Source: an uncultured Rubrivirga sp.
Lineage (GTDB): Bacteria > Actinomycetota > Actinomycetes > S36-B12
Reading direction: 5' to 3'
DNA: 64,000 nt
Assembly (NCBI GenBank): GCA_964550285.1
Contig: CAZJYN010000004.1
Location: forward strand, 1,950 to 65,949
The notes under the pieces are model-generated. The model was not told the origin of the DNA. It saw only the letters and a program-made list of their open reading frames with translations, and did no database searches. The position numbers and the translations under genes were made by a program. Shown piece by piece: positions 27,376 to 35,968 of this stretch (position 1 is its first letter; each line of letters begins with the position of its first letter).

Positions 27376-28247
27376 GTGCCCCTACCCTCGACTACTCGCG
27401 CAAGGACACGCTTGGCATCGGCGTCGAGCTAGTCCGCCAGATCAAGCGACGACGCACCCTGGTTGCCTTCCTACTCGTCGTCGCCCTCCCACTGATCGTC
27501 GTCGCAGCCGTCAGGTTCGGACCTTCATCCGACGGTGGCGATGGTGGCAATCAGGGAGGCGGGTTCGGCGACGGCAACTTCGATCTCGTCGGCCTGGCAA
27601 CAAGCGGTGCCTGGAATTTCGCCGTCACGATGCTGCTGTTCTCCTCCGGGTTCTTGCTGGTCATCATCGCGGCGATGTTCCTCGGTGACACCGTTGCAAG
27701 CGAAGCGAGTTGGTCCACCCTTCGATACCTCCTCGTTGCGCCGGTTCCCCGACGCAAACTGCTTCGCACCAAGGCGATCGTGGGCCTGTTGCTGACGGTG
27801 ATCGTCTTGGTGACCTTGGTGGTCACCTCATGGGCGATCGGTGCGATCGCGTTCGGTACGCAGCCACTTGCCAGCCCATTCGGTGGGGCGCTGACGCAGG
27901 CTGAATCGGCTCAACGCCTGGTCGTCATCACCACCTACATCGCCATAACGTTGCTGTTCCCAGCATCGATTGCGTTCTTGATGAGCGTGTTGACCGACGT
28001 CCCACTCGGCGCGGTCGGAACGGCGGTGGTGGTCGTCATCATCTTCAACATCCTCGACGCAATCGAGGCCCTCGGCTCCTTGCGACGATTCCTGCCCTCG
28101 GATTACGGATCGACGTGGGTGGACGCCCTGAACCCGGTCATCGTCTGGGATCAAATGGCAGTGGGCGTCGCCTACAACCTGATCGCCTTCGCTCTCCTCA
28201 TGGGGATCGCGGTACTTCGATTCGACCGCAAGGACATCACTTCTTGA
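27372..28247 (+). CDS. ABC-2 type transporter permease
   Basis: 291 aa, 6 hydrophobic segments. ATGA overlap with the upstream ATPase fusion gene. Confidence 0.75.
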   Translation: MSAPTLDYSRKDTLGIGVELVRQIKRRRTLVAFLLVVALPLIVVAAVRFGPSSDGGDGGNQGGGFGDGNFDLVGLATSGAWNFAVTMLLFSSGFLLVIIAAMFLGDTVASEASWSTLRYLLVAPVPRRKLLRTKAIVGLLLTVIVLVTLVVTSWAIGAIAFGTQPLASPFGGALTQAESAQRLVVITTYIAITLLFPASIAFLMSVLTDVPLGAVGTAVVVVIIFNILDAIEALGSLRRFLPSDYGSTWVDALNPVIVWDQMAVGVAYNLIAFALLMGIAVLRFDRKDITS

Positions 28248-28292
28248 CTTCCTAGCCGTACTCGACGATCGACTTCCAGGTACTGTTCAGGA

Positions 28293-28481
28293 GTGGATCA
28301 AACCCGCCGGTTGCGTTTCTCGCTATTTCTCCAGATATTCGCCGTCGTCATGTTCACCGGTGCCGGTTTGGTTCGGGCATTCGCCCTCGGATTCGACACT
28401 TTGACACTGGTGCTGCTCGGTGCGGCAGCGATCTCCACTGTGATCGCCGTACTGACCTTCATCCAACTTCGCGACGAGTAG
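28293..28481 (+). CDS. possible small two-TM membrane protein
   Basis: 62 aa with two clear hydrophobic helices. GTG start with AGGAG too close upstream. Supported by composition only. Confidence 0.3.
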   Translation: MDQTRRLRFSLFLQIFAVVMFTGAGLVRAFALGFDTLTLVLLGAAAISTVIAVLTFIQLRDE

Positions 28482-28494
28482 CAGGCGAAAGGGG

Positions 28495-29358
28495 CTACGA
28501 GGCGGAAAGCGCCGATCGCCTGCCGCACACCTCACGGACGACCGAGACCAGGTCGTCATCGGCCTTCGTGACAGCCGTGGGGGCACGATGCAAATCGACC
28601 GTTACCGGGGCAAGGGCGGGCAGATCGAAGACCTCGTCGATCTCGACCATGCCCGTTGGAATCGATCGCCGGGACTTCACTGCAACGGCCAGCCCGGCTG
28701 CGACGGTGGCATTCACCGCTGCAGCGCTATCGCTTACATAGCGGACCGTCCAATCGATGCCGGCGCGTGCGAGAGCGTCGATCGCATGGGCGCGATGGAT
28801 GCAACCTTCCGGATTGGCTGCGATGGGAAGGGCCGAACCGCGATCCCAGTGCATATCCGGATGGGCGATCCACACCAGATCCTCGATGTCGATCGTCTCT
28901 CCTGCTGGCGTGTCCGTGTGCCGGATGGTCAGTGCTACGTCGAGCAAACCGTCTGCCAACTTTTGTGCAAGCACCGAGGAAACCGAGCAGTCGATCTGGA
29001 CACCTACCTGTGGGTGCAAGGACATGAAGCGCCGCAGGATCTCAGGCAGGAACTGGTCGGCCTGCTCGGTGGTGATACCCAAGCGCAGTGCCGGCCGGTT
29101 GCCCTCGCCGCTGACCAAGGAGCTCGCGGTGTCGCTGAGATTGAGTAGGCGTCGCGCGTAGGGCAACAAGGTGATCCCGGCATCGGTTAGCACCACGCTG
29201 CGAGTCGTCCGGTCGAACAGACGCACGCCGAGGTCTCGTTCCAACTTGGAGATCTGTGCGCTGACAGCGGACTGAGTCAAGTTGAGCATCTGCGCGGCGG
29301 AGGAGAATCCGTGGGTCTCCGCGACCGCGACGAAGGTCGACAACTGCTGCAACTCCAC
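28495..29358 (-). CDS. LysR-family transcriptional regulator
   Basis: MELQQLSTFVAVAETHGFSSAAQMLNLTQSAVSAQISKLERDLG is the canonical LysR HTH. It is followed by a LysR substrate-binding domain. Divergent from the enzyme cluster. Confidence 0.9.
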   Translation of the reverse strand: MELQQLSTFVAVAETHGFSSAAQMLNLTQSAVSAQISKLERDLGVRLFDRTTRSVVLTDAGITLLPYARRLLNLSDTASSLVSGEGNRPALRLGITTEQADQFLPEILRRFMSLHPQVGVQIDCSVSSVLAQKLADGLLDVALTIRHTDTPAGETIDIEDLVWIAHPDMHWDRGSALPIAANPEGCIHRAHAIDALARAGIDWTVRYVSDSAAAVNATVAAGLAVAVKSRRSIPTGMVEIDEVFDLPALAPVTVDLHRAPTAVTKADDDLVSVVREVCGRRSALSAS

Positions 29359-29463
29359 ACCGCCAATTTACAACTATTCGCGATAGGTTCAACCACAAAT
29401 ATTCGTTTCTCTTTTCAGTGGATTCCTCCTACCGTCGGTCGGGACGTCCACGAGAGGAGATCC

Positions 29464-30294
29464 ATGAGTGTCATCGACCTCGTCCGCTACCCCATCGATC
29501 GACCCGGCCCGGCCCGCGATGCACTGATCGCTGAGTGCCGCCGGCAACTCACCGAGACCGGGTGCGTGGTGCTGGAGGGATTCGTCACCTCAGCTGCGCT
29601 GACCTCGATGAACGCCGAAGGGCGTGAACTCGCTCCGCAGGCCCACTTCAACACCACGCAAACCAATTGCTACAGCAGCGCCGATGATCCATCGCTTCCC
29701 GAGGGCCACCCCAAGCGGGTCTTCATGGAGCGAACCAACGGGTTCGTGGCCGGCGATCTCATCGGACCAGGCACCGCGGTTCGCGGACTGTACGAAAGCG
29801 AAGCCCTCCGCATGTTCGTAGCCGCCTGCATGGATGTGGACGAGATCTACGACTACGGCGACCCTCTTGGGCACCTCGTCTTCAATGTCCTGCGTCCAGG
29901 CACCCAGCATCCGTGGCACTTCGACAACAACGATTTCATCGTTACCTTGCTGACCCAGAAAGCCGACGCAGGTGGGAAGTTCGAATACTGTCCCCGGATA
30001 CGTTCGAAGCAGGACGAGAACATCGGATCGGTTGCAGCGACCCTTGCTGGCGACGACACCCTCGTGCACAGGTTGGATCCCGATCCTGGCTCGCTGCAGA
30101 TCTTCTACGGGCGGCACTCCTTGCACCGGGTCACGAGGATCGAAGGAGACCGCGAGCGGCACACGCTCATCCTGGGCTATTCCGATACCCCGGGTGAGAT
30201 CGCCGATGCCGAGCGGACCAAGCGGCTCTTCGGCAGGGCAACACCAGAGCACGAACGTGCTGCCCGCGAAGGCCGCGAGCGAGTGTCGGTGTAA
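29464..30294 (+). CDS. Fe(II)/2-oxoglutarate-dependent oxygenase-like protein
   Basis: ORF 29311..30294 trimmed to ATG 29464 (RBS GAGAGGAGA). HPWHFDNND supplies an HxD facial-triad candidate, and GRHSLHRVT supplies the distal His plus Arg. Family assignment made by eye only. Confidence 0.55.
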   Translation: MSVIDLVRYPIDRPGPARDALIAECRRQLTETGCVVLEGFVTSAALTSMNAEGRELAPQAHFNTTQTNCYSSADDPSLPEGHPKRVFMERTNGFVAGDLIGPGTAVRGLYESEALRMFVAACMDVDEIYDYGDPLGHLVFNVLRPGTQHPWHFDNNDFIVTLLTQKADAGGKFEYCPRIRSKQDENIGSVAATLAGDDTLVHRLDPDPGSLQIFYGRHSLHRVTRIEGDRERHTLILGYSDTPGEIADAERTKRLFGRATPEHERAAREGRERVSV

Positions 30295-30296
30295 CG

Positions 30297-31568
30297 ATGC
30301 TGCAACCCATCGAACCGGAGGCCTTGACCGATCTGGAAACCCCGAGCGCTGGCGCCGATGTCACGGGGGTGACCGATAGCTTGCCGCCCGGCTTCGACCC
30401 GGTGCGTATGCGCGCTGACCGACTAGCGCGGGTCAGAGCGATGATGCGCGATCAAGACCTCGCGGCCGTCATCCTCTTCGATCCCTACAACCAGCGTTAC
30501 GCCACGGGATCGCGCAACATGTTCGGGTACTTCCTGCGCAATTCGACTCGATACATCTACGTACCCCTCGAGGGCGATGTCATCTTGTTCGAGTATCCAG
30601 GATCCGCGCACGTTTCGACCTGGCTCGAGACCATCGACGATAACCGCACCTCGCAGGTGGTGTGGTCCGCAGTCAACAGTAAGGACACCGCAGTCGCCCG
30701 GCCCTTCGCCGAGGAGATTGCTGCCCTGGTGCGGGCCGATGGACGCGGTAGCAACCGCGTTGGGTTGGATCGATGCGGGCATTTGCACGCACTCGCACTG
30801 GAGGAGGCCGGTCTTCAGGTCATGGACGTGATGGGCGATCTCCTGTACACACGTCGCCTCAAGACGCCGGATGAGATCGCGTGCCTGCGCCTATCCATGG
30901 CCACGACCGAAGCCGCGATGGCCGCCGTCGAACGCAGCATTCGACCGGGCATCACTGAGAACGAACTCTTCGGTGTGTTCTATGGCGAAGTGATCAGCCG
31001 AGGAGGGGAGTTCGTCGAGACTCGCCTGCTGAGTTCAGGGCCACGCACCGAACCCTGGTTCAACGAAGCAAGCGAACGCAGTATCCGTCATGGTGATCTG
31101 ATCGCCTTCGATACCGACACCATCGGAAACAACGGCTACTACTCCGATTTCTCGCGCACGTTCCAGGTGGGGCCCGGTCGGCCGACGGGATACCAACGCA
31201 CCCTCTACGGCATGGCCTACGAGCAGGTCCAACACAACATCGCCCAACTCCGGCCGGGGATGACCTACCGTGAACTGGCCGAGAAGGCCTGGCCTATCCC
31301 CGAGCGCTACTACGACCGCCGCTACCCATCCATCATCCATGGAGTGGGGATGCACGGGGAGACTCCGCTCGTCGCGCATTACGGGGACTTCGACCGATTT
31401 TCCACCGACGACGTTCTCGAACCCGGCATGGTGGTCTCGGTGGAGAGCTACATCGCGGAAGTCGGCGGCGGTGAGGGGATCAAGCTCGAAGAGGAGGTCC
31501 TCATCACGGCTGAAGGCGTCGAGTTGATCTCCAAATATCCATTCGACGAGCGTCTCCTGGGGTCCTGA
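30297..31568 (+). CDS. M24-family metallohydrolase (creatinase/prolidase/ectoine-hydrolase-like)
   Basis: 423 aa. Creatinase-like N-domain followed by a pita-bread domain (KTPDEIACLR, DLIAFDTD, IHGVGMHGE, VVSVESY, IKLEEEVLIT). Confidence 0.8.
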   Translation: MLQPIEPEALTDLETPSAGADVTGVTDSLPPGFDPVRMRADRLARVRAMMRDQDLAAVILFDPYNQRYATGSRNMFGYFLRNSTRYIYVPLEGDVILFEYPGSAHVSTWLETIDDNRTSQVVWSAVNSKDTAVARPFAEEIAALVRADGRGSNRVGLDRCGHLHALALEEAGLQVMDVMGDLLYTRRLKTPDEIACLRLSMATTEAAMAAVERSIRPGITENELFGVFYGEVISRGGEFVETRLLSSGPRTEPWFNEASERSIRHGDLIAFDTDTIGNNGYYSDFSRTFQVGPGRPTGYQRTLYGMAYEQVQHNIAQLRPGMTYRELAEKAWPIPERYYDRRYPSIIHGVGMHGETPLVAHYGDFDRFSTDDVLEPGMVVSVESYIAEVGGGEGIKLEEEVLITAEGVELISKYPFDERLLGS

Positions 31569-31583
31569 CAGCACAATTCACCC

Positions 31584-32453
31584 ATGCCGGAGAAACTCGT
31601 CGTCGCAGCGGCCCAGATCCCGACCGTTCCCGAGGACATAGCGGCCAACCTGGAGACCCACCTGGACTACATCGCCCAGGCCCGAGCACGTGGCTGTGAC
31701 CTGCTGGTCTTCCCGGAGTTGTCCCTGACCGGCTACACACTGTCGGATGAAAGCTTTCGACTCGCTCGCTCCCGTCACTCGAAGGTGGTCAGGCAGATCG
31801 CCGAGGCGTCCCGGGATATCACGACACAGTTCGGCTTCATCGAGGAAGGGCCAGCCGCGCAGTTCTACAACGCGACGCTCGCTGTTCGCGACGGCGAGAT
31901 CCGCCATCTGCACCGGAAGGTGAACCTTCCGTCCTACGGCAATCTCGATGAGAACAAGCACTTCGCAACCGGGCGCTTCATGGAGACTGCCCGTCTCGAC
32001 GAAACGTGGCGCTACGCGATCGTCATCTGCGCCGATGCTTGGAATCCGGCACTCGTGCACCTAGCCGCCATGAACGGTGCGACCTTGCTCAGCGTGCCGA
32101 TCAGTTCCTCGATCGATGCGGTCGAGGGCGAATTCTCCAACCCCAACGGCTGGGATCTCGCTGTCCGCTTCTACGCGATGATGTACGGGATGCCGGTCGT
32201 CATGACGAACCGGGTCGGCACTGAGGGCGATCATCGCTTTTGGGGTGGGTCGGCGGTCATCGATGCACACGGCCGGATACTCGCCCAGTCGGGTGACCAG
32301 CCGGAACTGCTGACGGCCGAACTCGATTACACCCAAGTGCGCGAGGCTCGTTTCCATTTGCCGACGGTGCGCGATTCGAACTTCGCGCTTATCCAACGTG
32401 AGGTGAATCGACTGTCCGAGGTGCTGGGCGTTCCCGATAGCGTCCGCGAGTGA
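31584..32453 (+). CDS. carbon-nitrogen hydrolase (nitrilase superfamily amidase)
   Basis: VAAAQIP, LLVFPELSLTGY (catalytic Glu), HRKVNLP (Lys), IVICADAWNP (Cys). These make up the E-K-C triad contexts. Confidence 0.85.
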   Translation: MPEKLVVAAAQIPTVPEDIAANLETHLDYIAQARARGCDLLVFPELSLTGYTLSDESFRLARSRHSKVVRQIAEASRDITTQFGFIEEGPAAQFYNATLAVRDGEIRHLHRKVNLPSYGNLDENKHFATGRFMETARLDETWRYAIVICADAWNPALVHLAAMNGATLLSVPISSSIDAVEGEFSNPNGWDLAVRFYAMMYGMPVVMTNRVGTEGDHRFWGGSAVIDAHGRILAQSGDQPELLTAELDYTQVREARFHLPTVRDSNFALIQREVNRLSEVLGVPDSVRE

Positions 32454-33187
32454 TAGGTACACGGAATCTGCTGGCCCTCACCGGGGCCCTAGCCGTCCTG
32501 GTTGGCTTACTCGCAGCCGCCGGGCCGCAGCCTCAGACACCCAACGATGGGCAACTGCATCAGGTGGGAACGTACGAATACTTGACCCAGCCCGACTTCA
32601 CCGGCCTTGCCGCTGTGGGTGCTCTCGCCGACGGCAACACAATCGGATTGGGTACCTTCGCCGATCTCGACGGCGAACTCGTAATGCTCGGCGGTGAGGT
32701 CTATCGGGTGCGTCCTGACGGCACCCCACGACTGGTGGGTGCGCGAACGCCGACACCCTTCATGCAAGCCACCCGTTTCCGCCCCACAGCGAATGCGCCG
32801 ATCCCTCCCGGGACGAAGTGTCGTGATCTGGTGCCAGTCATCCAACGGGAGGCACAACGCACGAACGGGATCATCGCCGTGCGTGTTCGCGGCACCTTCG
32901 ATGAACTGACCACGCGAAGTATCAACGCCGATCCCCCGCCCTACCAGCCGCTTAGCCAAACGATCGCCGAGCAGACCACCTTCGATCTAAACGGCTCCCG
33001 CGCAGTGCTCGTCGGTTTCTGGCAGGGCAAGGATGCTCTCGGTGTGGGGCAGGACGGACTGCACCTGCACGGACTCACCGCGGATCGCACTGCCGGCGGA
33101 CATGTGCTCTCCTGCAGCGTCGGGTCCGATACCCAGATCTCCGTCCAACCAATCACCGAAGTGAAGTTGCTGACTCCCGCGAACTAG
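32450..33187 (+). CDS. alpha-acetolactate decarboxylase-family protein with N-terminal signal/TM segment
   Basis: GLGTFADLDGELVMLGGEVYRV and the His cluster GLHLHGLTADRTAGGHVL match the ALDC fold and Zn ligands. The N-terminus MIGTRNLLALTGALAVLVGLLAAAG is hydrophobic. GTGA overlap with the upstream gene. Confidence 0.7.
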   Translation: MIGTRNLLALTGALAVLVGLLAAAGPQPQTPNDGQLHQVGTYEYLTQPDFTGLAAVGALADGNTIGLGTFADLDGELVMLGGEVYRVRPDGTPRLVGARTPTPFMQATRFRPTANAPIPPGTKCRDLVPVIQREAQRTNGIIAVRVRGTFDELTTRSINADPPPYQPLSQTIAEQTTFDLNGSRAVLVGFWQGKDALGVGQDGLHLHGLTADRTAGGHVLSCSVGSDTQISVQPITEVKLLTPAN

Positions 33188-34581
33188 GCAGCAACGATGG
33201 CCGTAACCGCCTCGGCGAACAATTCGGTGTGTCGATCGACATCCGCTTCGGTGGTTGTCGGGCACATCAAGGCCATGTTGTGGAAGGGCGTCATGAGGAC
33301 TCCCCTGTTGGCCATGAATAGATGCAGGTAGACCTCGAGCTCCTCATCGTGTGCCTGCGCGGATTCGGTTCCGGTGCGAGGTGGGGGATCCACGAACCGA
33401 TACTCGGCACGAGCGCCGAGCTGGGCCACCGACCACGGCACCGCGGTGTCGGACAAAACCTTCTCCACTCCTTCTCGAAATCGAGTGGCCAGAGCGATCA
33501 TGTGCTCGAAGGCCGAGTCCGTCAGCACCTCACCCAACGTCGCTCGCATCGCCGATGTGCTCAGTACGTTGCCGGCAAGGGTGCCGCCGACACCGCCGAC
33601 ATCGATGAGGTCGGCTTCCGGATGATCGTTGATCCGTTCAGCGATCCTTGAGGTGATCCCGTAGGCACCGGAGGGAACTCCGCCGCCGATGCTCTTGCCG
33701 ATGACCACGATGTCCGGGCGAAGATTCCAAGCACTCGTGCAGCCACCGGGACCTGCCGAGATCGTGTGCGTTTCATCGATCAACAACAAGGTCCCGTATC
33801 GATCGCAGAGTTCCCGGACCGATTCCCAGAAGCCTGGGTCGGGTAGCACGATGCCGATGTTGGTCAAGGCAGGCTCGGCGATCAGGACCGCCACATCTCC
33901 ATGGGACAGGGCGGCTTCCACGGACGCGAGATCGTTGAATTCGGCCACCCGGGTCGTTTGCGCAACCGGGACAGCCGGTCCGACGTTCCCTTCGCGCTCG
34001 ATGGTCGATCCGTCCGGGCCGGTGCGCACCAAAGTCTCATCGACCGCGCCGTGATAGCAGTAAGAGAAGGCGCAGATCTTGTCGCGCCCGGTGACTAGAC
34101 GGGCGATCCGCAATGCCCACCTATTCGCATCCGTGGCCGTGAGCGAGAGCGACCACAACGGCAAGCCGAAGCGACGGGCGAGGTCCGCTGCCACCCATTC
34201 GCCATCCGCGGTGGGCAGCATGGTCGTAATGCCACCTGCACCATCGATGCGATCACGGACGGCACGCACGGTTGCTGCTGGGGAGTGCCCGGCCATGGCA
34301 CCGGTATCTCCAAGAGCGAAGTCGATGTACTCGTGACCATCGACATCGGTAATGCGATTACCCAAAGCGGTCTCGAAATGGATGGGGTATCCACCGGACC
34401 ACTTGTTCATCCAGGTCATCGGGACCCGACCAAGTAGATGGTCCGCGGCTTCGAACAATTCCCGTGACTTCGGGGTACGCACGCGGTAGGTCTCGCTCTC
34501 TTGACTAATCGCTCGCTCCAACACCGCGCGATCGATGGCAACCACGTCTTCTCCTTGTGCTTGTTTTCGACTAACTGGCAC
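33184..34581 (-). CDS. class-III PLP-dependent aminotransferase (GSA-aminomutase-like)
   Basis: 465 aa. DFALGDTGAMAGHSP, LLIDETHT, IVVIGKSIGGG (PLP Lys). Convergent with the cluster, with a 4-bp overlap. Confidence 0.85.
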   Translation of the reverse strand: MPVSRKQAQGEDVVAIDRAVLERAISQESETYRVRTPKSRELFEAADHLLGRVPMTWMNKWSGGYPIHFETALGNRITDVDGHEYIDFALGDTGAMAGHSPAATVRAVRDRIDGAGGITTMLPTADGEWVAADLARRFGLPLWSLSLTATDANRWALRIARLVTGRDKICAFSYCYHGAVDETLVRTGPDGSTIEREGNVGPAVPVAQTTRVAEFNDLASVEAALSHGDVAVLIAEPALTNIGIVLPDPGFWESVRELCDRYGTLLLIDETHTISAGPGGCTSAWNLRPDIVVIGKSIGGGVPSGAYGITSRIAERINDHPEADLIDVGGVGGTLAGNVLSTSAMRATLGEVLTDSAFEHMIALATRFREGVEKVLSDTAVPWSVAQLGARAEYRFVDPPPRTGTESAQAHDEELEVYLHLFMANRGVLMTPFHNMALMCPTTTEADVDRHTELFAEAVTAIVAA

Positions 34582-34703
34582 TTATAGGTGGGGATAACCC
34601 GCCTTCTGCGGCTCCCCCGAGAAGGGGTAGCAGCAGCATAAGCGGCAGCGTGGCCGCCGTGAAGTTCCGAGGCGGTCCACGATGGAGTAGGCGGAGGAAT
34701 ATC

Positions 34704-35441
34704 GTGAACGCTCGTAGTCTCATCGCCGAGTTCGTCGGCACTTTCCTGTTGGTCTTCCTTGCTGTCGGAACGGCGATCTTCGGTATCGCCGCGCTGGTGG
34801 GCATCGACGGTCAGGGACCAGGTTCCGGTGTAGTGGGGGTGGCCCTCGCCTTCGGACTCGTACTGCTCGGGATCGCCTACGCCTTCGGCCCGATCTCCGG
34901 GGCGCACGTGAATCCCGCGGTGACCTTGGCGATGCTCGTCGGGCGCCGCATGCCCGCCGGCCAGGCGATCGGCTACTGGATCGTGCAGTTCCTCGGCGCG
35001 GTCGCCGCCGGCGGACTGCTCAAGTTGTTCGTCAGCAGTTTCGGCGTCACCGACTACACCGGTGCGCTCGGAACGAACAGCTACGACAACGGCGCCATCA
35101 ACCTCGCCGGCGCATTCGTGCTCGAGGTGATCCTCACAGCCGCCTTCGTCCTCGTGATCCTGCTGGTCACCGAGAAGATCGCCGCACCGGGCTTCGCAGG
35201 CGTAGCCATCGGCCTGACGTTGACCCTCGTCCACCTCGTCGGCATCCCGTTGACCGGAACCTCCGTCAACCCGGCTCGCTCCCTGGGGCCGGCGCTATTC
35301 GAAGGAGGCACCGCGATGCAACAGGTGTGGTTGTTCATCCTCGCCCCGCTAGTCGGTGCGGTCGTAGCGGTCGCCATCTGGCGAGCAACCCGCACCGAGC
35401 AGGAAGAAGAACGCGAAATCGTGGCAGGCGACGAGCGCTAG
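34704..35441 (+). CDS. aquaporin / MIP-family channel
   Basis: Two NPA boxes (HVNPAVTLA, SVNPARSLG). ORF 34650..35441 trimmed to GTG 34704, which has RBS GGAGGA upstream. Confidence 0.85.
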   Translation: MNARSLIAEFVGTFLLVFLAVGTAIFGIAALVGIDGQGPGSGVVGVALAFGLVLLGIAYAFGPISGAHVNPAVTLAMLVGRRMPAGQAIGYWIVQFLGAVAAGGLLKLFVSSFGVTDYTGALGTNSYDNGAINLAGAFVLEVILTAAFVLVILLVTEKIAAPGFAGVAIGLTLTLVHLVGIPLTGTSVNPARSLGPALFEGGTAMQQVWLFILAPLVGAVVAVAIWRATRTEQEEEREIVAGDER

Positions 35442-35917
35442 CGCCTCGGGATCGGTGCCCAGCGCGATTCGGCCTGGACTCGCACTTTGCCGTCGTAGCT
35501 CAACTTCGCCTTCACCCAAATCGCCGATTCCGATTGCTCGCTGATCGTCGCGTGCAACTCCACCGGCATTTCCAGGAATGTCGGAAGCCGATATCGCAGC
35601 TCCAGCCCTGCAGTAACCCACAACTGCGTCAGTTCGCCGGTCGGCTCCGCTGCTGTCGATAGGACGGCGGCTCCGGAGTGGCAATCGAGCAGGGTCGCGA
35701 TGATGCCGCCATTCAGCGAACCCATGCCATTGGTGTGTTGCGGTCCGGGCTGGAAAGTGGCGATCACCCCTTCACCGTGATCGAAGCTACGAATGCGCAA
35801 CCCGTCGGGGTTCGCCTGGCCGCAACCGAAGCACGTCGATTCCGGATAGAGGCGTTCTTGGATGCAGATCTCGGATTCAGACACGGCTCCAATACTGCCG
35901 TTTGCGCCACCGGACAC
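35438..35917 (-). CDS. PaaI-family hotdog-fold thioesterase
   Basis: 159 aa. CFGCGQANPDGL plus NGMGSLNGGIIATLLDCHSG are typical of PaaI/YiiD-type thioesterases. Confidence 0.7.
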   Translation of the reverse strand: MSGGANGSIGAVSESEICIQERLYPESTCFGCGQANPDGLRIRSFDHGEGVIATFQPGPQHTNGMGSLNGGIIATLLDCHSGAAVLSTAAEPTGELTQLWVTAGLELRYRLPTFLEMPVELHATISEQSESAIWVKAKLSYDGKVRVQAESRWAPIPRR

Positions 35918-35968
35918 GACGTGGGGCGCGAACCGATCTCTCGGCCCGCGCCCCGACGCCTAGCTCCC

